Both the position numbers and the translations under genes were made by a program. The notes beneath the pieces were generated by a model. That model did no database searches, was not told where the DNA came from, and saw only the letters and a list, made by a program, of their open reading frames with translations. From Candidatus Saganbacteria bacterium (GTDB taxonomy: Bacteria > Margulisbacteria > WOR-1 > JAKLHX01): DNA of 15,458 nt. Below, piece by piece: positions 7,460 through 14,355 of the stretch. Each line of letters begins with the position of its first letter. Positions within the stretch are counted from its first letter, which is position 1. The DNA lies in NCBI GenBank assembly GCA_026387835.1, contig JAPLKZ010000008.1:1-15458 (forward strand). The letters run 5' to 3'.

Positions 7460-8224
7460 ATGGTCAGAACCCTAAAGCTTCGAATATTTGTATCAGTCTT
7501 TATACTTGTATTTTTCTTTTCACCGGCGTTTGCCAAGCCGCATGCCGTTTTTCAGCATTCACTGTTAAATTCCCTGATGGCAGGTGTCTATAAAGGCGAC
7601 ATGAAGGTATCAGAGCTTCTTAAATACGGAGATTTCGGCGTGGGCACTTTTGACCGTCTTGACGGCGAAATGATCATCGTTGACGGGAAAATCTACCAGG
7701 TAAGAAGTGACGGCAACGTGATAGAGCGGCACGGCGATGCTAAAGTGCCTTTTGCGCAGGTGTGTTCATTCAAGCCGCAGGAAAGCTTTGCCATTTCAAA
7801 TATCCCTTCGTTAGAAAGCGTAAAAACACTAATATGGTCAAAACTCAATTCAAAAAATCTTATTTACGCAATAAAAATAAAGGGCAGGTTCAATTATGTA
7901 AAAACACGAAGCGTTCCGAAGCAATCTGAACCATACCGTCCTCTGGCTGAGATAATAAAGAAACAGTCGGTTTTTGAGTTTAGTGCAGTTGAAGGGCAGG
8001 TTATAGGGTTCTGGCTGCCTGACTTTATCAAGGGTATTAATGCTCCGGGATTTCATTTCCATTTTTTAAATAAAGAGTTGACGGCCGGAGGTCATGTCAT
8101 AGAAATGAGCGTTGCCAGTGCGGAAGTCATGTTAGACGATATATATAAATATAATTTGGAATTTCCCAGGGAGAGCAGCTTCCTCAACAAAGACCTTTCC
8201 GGGGACCTTCAATATAAACCGTAA
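7460..8224 (+). CDS. budA: Alpha-acetolactate decarboxylase with an N-terminal Sec signal peptide
   Basis: 254 aa with strong family motifs: FQHSLLNSLMAGVYKGD, YGDFGVGTFDRLDGEMIIVDGKIYQ, RSVPKQSEPYRPL, APGFHFHF, GGHV. The N-terminus MVRTLKLRIFVSVFILVFFFSPAFA|K looks like a cleavable signal peptide. Confidence 0.92.
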   Translation: MVRTLKLRIFVSVFILVFFFSPAFAKPHAVFQHSLLNSLMAGVYKGDMKVSELLKYGDFGVGTFDRLDGEMIIVDGKIYQVRSDGNVIERHGDAKVPFAQVCSFKPQESFAISNIPSLESVKTLIWSKLNSKNLIYAIKIKGRFNYVKTRSVPKQSEPYRPLAEIIKKQSVFEFSAVEGQVIGFWLPDFIKGINAPGFHFHFLNKELTAGGHVIEMSVASAEVMLDDIYKYNLEFPRESSFLNKDLSGDLQYKP

Positions 8225-8268
8225 GGACCTGCATATAAGCTATCGCGTTTAAACACTCTGTTGATAGA

Positions 8269-8874
8269 TTAATTTTGACCAACCCTGCAATATCTATTCC
8301 CTGTTGCCAGATCAAGCACAATAGACGGAGTTGATAATATCTTTGTTTCCACTATCCTTGTATTTCCTGATATTTCAAGTAAGCCCATCGCTTTTTCAAA
8401 AAGTTCCCTGTTCCTCGGCCGGTTAAATCCGCCATAAAAAGCAACGTCTACGTCAGCAGAGCCCATAAAATGGGATAACATTTCCTGTATGCGGGATTCA
8501 ATGTCAACATGAGCATCCAAATTTGCAATCAGGCCTCTTTTTATGCTTTTGTCGTACATCGTTACGATCAGACTATCATTTGCCCCGCTCGAATTGATAA
8601 ATCTGACAGGAGAACTTACGGAATCAGCCATATGAAGTCGGTTCAGGCCGACTGTCTCGGTAATACTGTTATCATGGATCTCTATTGTTTGATCTGATAT
8701 AGTGAAAGGTTTTATATCTAGCTTCCTTTCACCTGTCCATCGTTGCAAAGTCAGACCAATCGACCGGCTTGCCCTGTCAAGGATATTCATTCTTCCGGAT
8801 GTAGGCCTGGATAAAGAATCGAGTCCTGAAAGTTGAAAGAAATGAGGCCCAATCACTCTTGCTTGAATTGTCAT
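8269..8874 (-). CDS. Hypothetical protein. The C-terminal half is weakly CheD-like (deamidase fold).
   Basis: 201-aa ORF with no overlapping alternative. From my memory of the family consensus, the C-terminal part aligns with the CheD pattern (GSCVAV..D....G.AH; K..GGA......N.....L...gI......GG...R.v.f...tG). The aligned segments are DSLIVTMYDKSIKRGLIANLDAHVD and DVAFYGGFNRPRNRELFEKAMGLLEISGNTRIVETKILSTPSIVLDLATGN. The expected nucleophile Cys position is Ser. The functional call is weak. Confidence 0.6.
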   Translation of the reverse strand: MTIQARVIGPHFFQLSGLDSLSRPTSGRMNILDRASRSIGLTLQRWTGERKLDIKPFTISDQTIEIHDNSITETVGLNRLHMADSVSSPVRFINSSGANDSLIVTMYDKSIKRGLIANLDAHVDIESRIQEMLSHFMGSADVDVAFYGGFNRPRNRELFEKAMGLLEISGNTRIVETKILSTPSIVLDLATGNRYCRVGQN

Positions 8875-9014
8875 AGTATTATGTTATCCCCTCTTATGTA
8901 TTTATCGTTAATTTTCGTGCTAAATTTCACTGAAAGTTAACTATTCAGGTCCAAATAGGCACCCTAATTATTCCTCTTATTGATTATTTCAAAATAATAT
9001 AATATAGTCTACTT

Positions 9015-9464
9015 GTGGAAAGAGATCATCAATTCTTTATGAAAGAAGCCGTCAAAGAGGCAATAAAAGGCCTTAAAAGAGGCGGTATCCCTATTGGTTC
9101 AGTGTTGGTGAAAGACGGAAAGATACTTGGCAGGGGACATAACAGGAGAGTGCAGAAAAAATCAGCTATCCTACACGCTGAGATGGATTGCCTCGAGAAC
9201 GCCGGAAGACTGAAAGCAAAAGATTATAAACAATGCACGATCTATTCCACTCTTTCGCCATGCGATATGTGCGCCGGTGCGATACTTTTATATAAGATAC
9301 CGATTATAGTAATAGGGGAGAACAAGACTTTTAAAGGGCCGGAAAGTTATTCAAAAAAGCGGGGAGTGAAGATCATCAATCTTGATGATGTGGAGTGCAG
9401 GAAGATGATGTCTGATTTTATCAAGAAGAAGAGCGATCTCTGGAATGAAGATATTGGCGACTAG
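9015..9464 (+). CDS. Cytosine deaminase, FCY1 type (zinc-dependent CDA-fold)
   Basis: 149 aa.
- Zinc motifs HAEMDCLE and SPCDMC are present.
- By eye it is collinear end to end with yeast Fcy1: GGIPIGSVL..GKILGRGHNRRVQKKSAILHAEM..LENAGRL; TIYSTLSPCDMCAGAILLYKIP..VIGEN.
- The C-terminal tail DLWNEDIGD compares with yeast QDWFEDIGE.
- The track start is the GTG at 9015. The ATG at 9039 (MKEAVKEA) is an equally plausible start. Confidence 0.85.
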   Translation: MERDHQFFMKEAVKEAIKGLKRGGIPIGSVLVKDGKILGRGHNRRVQKKSAILHAEMDCLENAGRLKAKDYKQCTIYSTLSPCDMCAGAILLYKIPIIVIGENKTFKGPESYSKKRGVKIINLDDVECRKMMSDFIKKKSDLWNEDIGD

Positions 9465-10687
9465 GACATTTTACCGCTCGCTTTATTATCTCCGGATCGA
9501 AGATGAGGTGATCTAGGTATCATCATTTCAAGCGCTTCTATGATCTGGGCCGGCTTTGGAGAAATGATCATCGATCTGTCCGATCTTCCGGAATACTTTT
9601 CCTGCGCTTGAAAACCCGCAGAAACATCGCTTGTCCACAGCCAGGTCTTTTTTTCAAAATCGTCAGCTATTATCGAGACTTTCGGGGTACCCACGGCTGC
9701 GGCAAGGTGAGCAGGCCCGGAATTCGGAGAAAGGACTGCAGTGCAGTTCCTTATTATTTCTGCTGAAGTCAGGCAATCACCGAAGAAAAGATGAGAAGAT
9801 CTGCCGAAGCCCGAAGTCCTCGGAAAAGTCTTGTTGAGCGCATCCAGAAGGTGTTTGTGGGCGGAAAAGTCTTTATCATCATGTGCAGGATGGGTCCCGA
9901 AAATATTTCCTGACACAAGAAGAACATGATAGCCTTTCTTTATAAAATCAATAGCCACATCGTAATAATTCCTGAAAGGCCATACAGAGTTGAAGCTGTC
10001 ATGGGTTGCGGATGTCAGGTGAATGCCGATGGTGTTTTTAGGACACAATCTTTCTTTCTCAAAGAACAGCCTTGCCTGGGCGACCTCTTTTTCGCTGGTC
10101 CAGACAAGCGGTCTTCTCATTGTTCCCGGAATTTGAAAATCCATGGAAGGATCATCTATCATGACCGCCATCCTGGCGGTCTCAAGATAAGTGTTCAGAA
10201 AATTAGGTTCGGGAATGGCATTTCCGCTGGTATTAACCACGTGGTCAAAGATGTGGGAGGGCAGGTCCCATCCGTGTTCTTCGTCGTCAGAGTTCGTCCG
10301 GAGATTACCCAAAAAACCGTCATAACCTATACGGTAGCTGTTCTTATCGACAAGATGCACTATGGAAAAAAAAGAGTCGTCAACGGTTTCGAAGCTGTCA
10401 CCGAACGGCAAACAAACAATCGTCTTGTCAGCTATTTGTTCCCTTATCATTTTATCGCGCCCAGGCTCGTCACATCCAAAGATACTCGCACCGTGACTTT
10501 TGGCGTCCGCAAACCTGTATTTGTTCAGATAGATTGCCTGGGGGCTTGTCATGATAATCGTGCGTTCTCCGAAGGCATTGATCAACATATCAAATGAAGG
10601 TGCAATATGAAGCAGAGAACCCAGCTTGGTAATAGGGCAGGAGACTAAAAGCTTGCCAAAAGGCGCCAGTTTTGTTGTAGGTATCAT
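9461..10687 (-). CDS. Glycosyltransferase family 9 (heptosyltransferase-like), divergent
   Basis: 408 aa. The C-terminal GT9 nucleotide-sugar motif is present as SPNSGPAHLAAAVGTP (consensus DSGPMHLAAALGTP). The N-terminal strand-loop reads LLVSCPITKLGSLLHIAP (consensus RLSALGDVLLTTP). It has a large acidic or unconserved insert relative to typical 330-350-aa GT9 enzymes. Confidence 0.6.
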   Translation of the reverse strand: MIPTTKLAPFGKLLVSCPITKLGSLLHIAPSFDMLINAFGERTIIMTSPQAIYLNKYRFADAKSHGASIFGCDEPGRDKMIREQIADKTIVCLPFGDSFETVDDSFFSIVHLVDKNSYRIGYDGFLGNLRTNSDDEEHGWDLPSHIFDHVVNTSGNAIPEPNFLNTYLETARMAVMIDDPSMDFQIPGTMRRPLVWTSEKEVAQARLFFEKERLCPKNTIGIHLTSATHDSFNSVWPFRNYYDVAIDFIKKGYHVLLVSGNIFGTHPAHDDKDFSAHKHLLDALNKTFPRTSGFGRSSHLFFGDCLTSAEIIRNCTAVLSPNSGPAHLAAAVGTPKVSIIADDFEKKTWLWTSDVSAGFQAQEKYSGRSDRSMIISPKPAQIIEALEMMIPRSPHLRSGDNKASGKMS

Positions 10688-10737
10688 TGTTGCCTCAAGT
10701 ATCTATCTTTAAAACAGGCATAAAATTTCATTCTTAA

Positions 10738-10766
10738 TTTCAGAAGTAAAAAAGGGGTGATATAAT
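10738..10766 (+). promoter_or_regulatory. Putative extended -10 promoter for the nitroreductase gene
   Basis: TGaTATAAT at 10758-10766 (a perfect -10 with an upstream TG). A weak -35-like ttcaga lies about 17 nt upstream. It sits 49 nt before the ATG at 10815. Confidence 0.4.
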
Positions 10767-10814
10767 GTCAATGTCCGATCCTAAGCTCCCGATCTGAAGA
10801 ATGCGGGGTTATTT

Positions 10815-11369
10815 ATGGACGTAAAAGAAGCGATAGAGAAAAGGCGCGCTTACCGCTCGCTTGATAAAGCCGAGATCACAAAAGAACTTGTTGATGACCT
10901 CTCTCACAGCGCGAGCCTTGCAGCATCCTGTTTTAACAACCAGCCCTGGAGGTTCATATTCGTATATGAAGAGGAACAACTGAAGAAATTGAAGACCGCA
11001 TTGAACAAGGGCAATGAATGGGCGGGCGATGCATCGATGATAATAGCTGTTGCCAGTAAAAAGGATACGGATTGTGTAGTAAAGGGAAGGGAATATTTCC
11101 TTTTTGATACAGGTATGGCTACAGCCCACCTGATACTCCGGGCGACCGAGCTTGGGCTTGTCGCCCACCCGATAGCGGGTTATGACGAACAAAAAGCCAG
11201 GGAAATACTTAATGTGCCGGAAGACATGACGGTCATAACGCTTATTAATGTAGGCAAGCATTCTGGGACAATAAGGCCGACATTATCCGAGAAACAGGCT
11301 GAAGGCGAGAAAGACAGGCCGAAGAGGCTGCCTCCTGAAAAGTTCTCTTTTATTAATAAATACGAATAA
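10815..11369 (+). CDS. Nitroreductase family protein (FMN-dependent)
   Basis: 184 aa. N-terminal IEKRRAYRSL (RRxxRxF-type FMN-phosphate motif), NNQPWRF motif and DTGMATAHLILRATELGL. Confidence 0.88.
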   Translation: MDVKEAIEKRRAYRSLDKAEITKELVDDLSHSASLAASCFNNQPWRFIFVYEEEQLKKLKTALNKGNEWAGDASMIIAVASKKDTDCVVKGREYFLFDTGMATAHLILRATELGLVAHPIAGYDEQKAREILNVPEDMTVITLINVGKHSGTIRPTLSEKQAEGEKDRPKRLPPEKFSFINKYE

Positions 11370-11435
11370 TGACACTGGGTTTAAATTGCAAGAACATCAG
11401 GTAATAGTCTGTGACCCGGGGGCCAAGGAACAAAA

Positions 11436-12326
11436 ATGCCGGTTTTTTTAAAGAACAGGATCATCATCCTGTCCTCGGTACTTATTTTTTCCGCCGCATT
11501 GATAGCCGTGTCAGGCTGCAAGGTGACGGTGAAAAAAGCCGGCGGCGCAATAAAGAAAAATCAGAATTATGTCAAAATCGCGGAAAAAGAGATCGATAAA
11601 AGTTTTTTTAAGATATATGTTCAGAACGAACAGGAACTTCTAAGGGGAGTGAAGTATCACAAGCTGATAAATGGCGACCCTTTCCTTAAAGAAATTGCGC
11701 TGACTTTTGATGACGGTCCGCACCCTCACTTCACGATGAAGCTCTTGGAGATCCTTAAAAAAAACAATATAAAAGCGACTTTTTTCCTGGTCGGGAAAAA
11801 AGCCGTGCAATACCCGCGGCTTGTCAGAGAAGAGATGGCATCCGGCCACTCTGTAGGCAATCATACTTACAGTCATTTAAATCTCACATTGATACCGTCG
11901 GAAGACGCGGCCGTGGAAATAAAAGCCTGCGGGCTTGCTCTGATGAACATAACCGGACAATACCCGCACCTTTTCAGGCCGCCGGGCGGGGATTACGACA
12001 CCGAGACAATACGCGTTGCGGAACAGCTCGGGTACACGACAGTTCTGTGGACGGCCAACACGGGGGATGCGGCCAATATCGGCAAGCGCGCTATAAAGAT
12101 CAGGCTTTTCAACAGGATCGATAACGGAGGGATAATATTGATGCACGACGGGATCCAGGCGACGATCGATATTTTACCCCAGGTGATCGGAGAACTAAAG
12201 AAGGAAGGATACGATTTTGTCACGATAGACGAGATGATCGCTCATAAAAACTTAAAAGGCGCCGTGCGCCACGGACTTCTTTACATGATCCGGGAAAATA
12301 TCCTGAAAATATTGCGTTTGAAATAA
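11436..12326 (+). CDS. Polysaccharide deacetylase (NodB homology domain, CE4), predicted lipoprotein
   Basis: 296 aa. CE4 motifs ALTFDDGP, GNHTYSH and RPPGG are present. The N-terminal signal ends in the lipobox VSGC (LIAVSG|C). Confidence 0.9.
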   Translation: MPVFLKNRIIILSSVLIFSAALIAVSGCKVTVKKAGGAIKKNQNYVKIAEKEIDKSFFKIYVQNEQELLRGVKYHKLINGDPFLKEIALTFDDGPHPHFTMKLLEILKKNNIKATFFLVGKKAVQYPRLVREEMASGHSVGNHTYSHLNLTLIPSEDAAVEIKACGLALMNITGQYPHLFRPPGGDYDTETIRVAEQLGYTTVLWTANTGDAANIGKRAIKIRLFNRIDNGGIILMHDGIQATIDILPQVIGELKKEGYDFVTIDEMIAHKNLKGAVRHGLLYMIRENILKILRLK

Positions 12327-12354
12327 TATCAATAAGAATATACAATAATATCCA

Positions 12355-13425
12355 ATGAAAGAAGCATCATACAAGCGTTCCAGAAAGACGGGACTCCCCC
12401 CGGGCTCGCCGGTCTATATCGGAAAACAGAAGGGCTTTAAGATAAAGATCTCTCTTATTGATTACAGCGCTTCCCATTTTGAAGAAAAAGAAATTTCCGA
12501 AATAAAAGAGTGTTTCCCGTTCAAAGAAAAAGATTCTGTCACATGGATAAATGTAGACGGAGTGCACGACCCTAAACTGATGGAAGAACTTTCATCATGC
12601 TACGGAGTACATCCGCTTGTGCAGGAAGACATCGTGAACACCGACCAGAGGCCGAAGCTTGAGGATTACGGCGATTATCTTTATATAGTTGTCAGGATGT
12701 TCTTGCTCAACGAGAAGGAAGAAAAAATATCATCGGAACAGGTGAGCTTTATAGTGGGGAGGAATTATACCATCTCATTCCAGGAAGAGGGAAAAGAAGG
12801 AGATGTGTTCGGCACGGTCCGCGAAAGGATAAGGTCGGGAAAGACAAGGATAAGGACAGAAGGGGCCGACTACCTTGTCTACAGCCTGATAGACGCGATC
12901 GTCGACAGTTATTTCGGCATTATCGAGCGGCTGGGTGAAAAGATAGAACAACTGGAGGAGATCCTCATAACCAAGCCGACGCAAAATGTATTGGGAGAGA
13001 TACACGTACTAAAGAGGGAGATACTGAACCTGCGGAAAAACGTGTGGCCGCTTCGCGAGGTGATCGGAGCGCTGGAAAGGGGAGAATCACAACTGATAAG
13101 GCCTTCCACGAGAGTTTATCTCAGGGATGTCTATGATCACACGGTACAGATAATCGAGACGATCGAGAATTACAGGGATATGATGTCGGGGATGCTGGAT
13201 ATCTATCTTTCTTCTATCAGCAATCGGCTTAACGAAGTGATGAAGGTCCTGACGATAATAGCAACGATCTTTATACCTCTGACTTTTATAGTCGGCATAT
13301 ACGGGATGAACTTCAGGAACATGCCCGAGCTAAGCTGGGAATATTCCTACGCTGTTGTCTGGCTTGTCATGCTTTCTGTCGCGGCGGGGATGCTGATATA
13401 TTTTAAAAGGAAGAAGTGGCTGTAG
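12355..13425 (+). CDS. corA: Magnesium/cobalt transporter CorA
   Basis: 356 aa. Cytoplasmic funnel domain followed by two C-terminal TM helices. The signature YGMNF is at the end of TM1, followed by a KKW tail. Confidence 0.95.
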   Translation: MKEASYKRSRKTGLPPGSPVYIGKQKGFKIKISLIDYSASHFEEKEISEIKECFPFKEKDSVTWINVDGVHDPKLMEELSSCYGVHPLVQEDIVNTDQRPKLEDYGDYLYIVVRMFLLNEKEEKISSEQVSFIVGRNYTISFQEEGKEGDVFGTVRERIRSGKTRIRTEGADYLVYSLIDAIVDSYFGIIERLGEKIEQLEEILITKPTQNVLGEIHVLKREILNLRKNVWPLREVIGALERGESQLIRPSTRVYLRDVYDHTVQIIETIENYRDMMSGMLDIYLSSISNRLNEVMKVLTIIATIFIPLTFIVGIYGMNFRNMPELSWEYSYAVVWLVMLSVAAGMLIYFKRKKWL

Positions 13426-13428
13426 CCC

Positions 13429-13827
13429 TCAGCTGATCCAACATATTTTTACTTCATCTTCAAGGGTTTTGAATTCTTTGTCGCCTGTGACCACTTCTCC
13501 TTTTGTGAGCTTGGCCAGAGCCGCGGCAAAACAGTCAGCATATGATAATTTGTTCCCGGCTTTAAAGACAGCCGCCTGTCTGGATATTTGAAGATCAACG
13601 TCGACGGTCTTTATGGGGAATGTATTAATGATGCGCGCTATCTCATCGGCCTTGTCTTTTCCGAATTCCCTGAAAACGATGTAATAAACCTCTCCCCAGT
13701 TCACCGTTGTCATCAGAAGGTCGCTGTCCTTCTCCATCGCGTCGACGAATATATCCCCGACCTTCTCAGACCCCTCTTCTTTTTCAAGAAAAGCCATCAG
13801 CGCGTGCGCGTCCAGTATCCGCCTCAT
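13429..13827 (-). CDS. vapC: PIN-domain ribonuclease toxin VapC
   Basis: 132 aa. The acidic PIN quartet is at D6 (ILDAHAL), E46 (WGEVYY), D98 (SYADCF) and D116 (VTGDKEF). It starts 2 nt after the upstream antitoxin stop. Confidence 0.85.
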   Translation of the reverse strand: MRRILDAHALMAFLEKEEGSEKVGDIFVDAMEKDSDLLMTTVNWGEVYYIVFREFGKDKADEIARIINTFPIKTVDVDLQISRQAAVFKAGNKLSYADCFAAALAKLTKGEVVTGDKEFKTLEDEVKICWIS

Positions 13828-13829
13828 AT

Positions 13830-14066
13830 CTATTTCTCCCTTTTCCTGTCTTTAACGCGCTCACGAAGAAGTTCTCTGGAGAGTTTCCCTCCGGTCTTTA
13901 GTATCCCCTCCTGTTCCTTTATATATGTTGAAGTCACCGGTTTGAGAATGATCTCATTTCCGTTCTCCTCAACATACAGCTTTGTGCCGGTCCTGATGCT
14001 CAATCTCTCGCGCATTTTGGCCGGTATTACTATCTGGCCCTTTGTCGTGACAGTTGCCTTAGTCAT
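13830..14066 (-). CDS. vapB: AbrB/SpoVT-family antitoxin VapB
   Basis: 78 aa. N-terminal swapped-hairpin motif VTTKGQIVIPAKMRERLSIRTGTKLYVEENGNEIILKP and a basic C-terminal tail. AAGGAG lies 8 nt before the ATG. Confidence 0.85.
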   Translation of the reverse strand: MTKATVTTKGQIVIPAKMRERLSIRTGTKLYVEENGNEIILKPVTSTYIKEQEGILKTGGKLSRELLRERVKDRKREK

Positions 14067-14087
14067 ATATGTGCTCCTTTGTAGAAA

Positions 14088-14116
14088 AGTATAACATAAA
14101 GCAATAAGTAAGTCAA
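14088..14116 (-). promoter_or_regulatory. Putative sigma70 promoter of vapBC (TTGACT, 17-nt spacer, TATACT)
   Basis: On the minus strand, ttgact is the complement of 14111-14116, followed by a 17-nt spacer and tatact (complement of 14088-14093), about 20 nt upstream of the vapB ATG. Confidence 0.45.
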
Positions 14117-14170
14117 ATAAATAAAGTAGTACATATTTCGTATTTTATTAGACTATTTGCGGCGACACAA

Positions 14171-14190
14171 AAGCCATCTTTCGATGGCTT
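14171..14190 (-). terminator. Hairpin terminator downstream of tRNA-Met
   Basis: aagccatc (14171-14178) pairs with gatggctt (14183-14190) around a 4-nt loop. On the minus strand it is followed by TTGTGT. It lies 9 nt after the tRNA 3' end. Confidence 0.5.
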
Positions 14191-14199
14191 TATATATTT

Positions 14200-14276
14200 T
14201 GGTAGCGGGGGCAGGATTCGAACCTGCGACCTCAAGGTTATGAGCCTTGCGAGCTACCAGGCTGCTCCACCCCGCG
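14200..14276 (-). tRNA. tRNA-Met (anticodon CAT), initiator type (tRNA-fMet), CCA encoded
   Basis: The reverse complement is cgcggggtggagcagcctggtagctcgcaaggctcataaccttgaggtcgcaggttcgaatcctgcccccgctacca. It is nearly collinear with E. coli tRNA-fMet. It has the 1:72 mismatch (C1/U72) and A11:U24, both initiator hallmarks. The anticodon stem is caagg/ccttg. Confidence 0.9.
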
Positions 14277-14355
14277 ATGTCTGATATTTCTATTTTGACA
14301 CAATTTCATCTTTCGTTCAACTTGCCGAACATCATAAATTATTATAAAATCAATT

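Noticed and set aside
8907-8941. Imperfect inverted repeat gttaattttc / gaaagttaac in the divergent promoter region between the 201-aa ORF and the deaminase
   Set aside because: The stem is AT-rich, 9 of 10 positions plus one G:T. In a very AT-rich spacer this is weak evidence. It could be an operator, but chance occurrence is plausible, so I did not call it as a feature.
9015-9464. Deaminase as TadA (tRNA adenosine deaminase) or as an anti-phage dCTP/nucleotide deaminase
   Set aside because: By eye it is collinear end to end with yeast Fcy1 cytosine deaminase, including the C-terminal WxEDIG tail. It is a small single-domain protein without the kinase or other extra domains seen in defence deaminases. 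It also lacks the TadA-typical C-terminal helix pattern.
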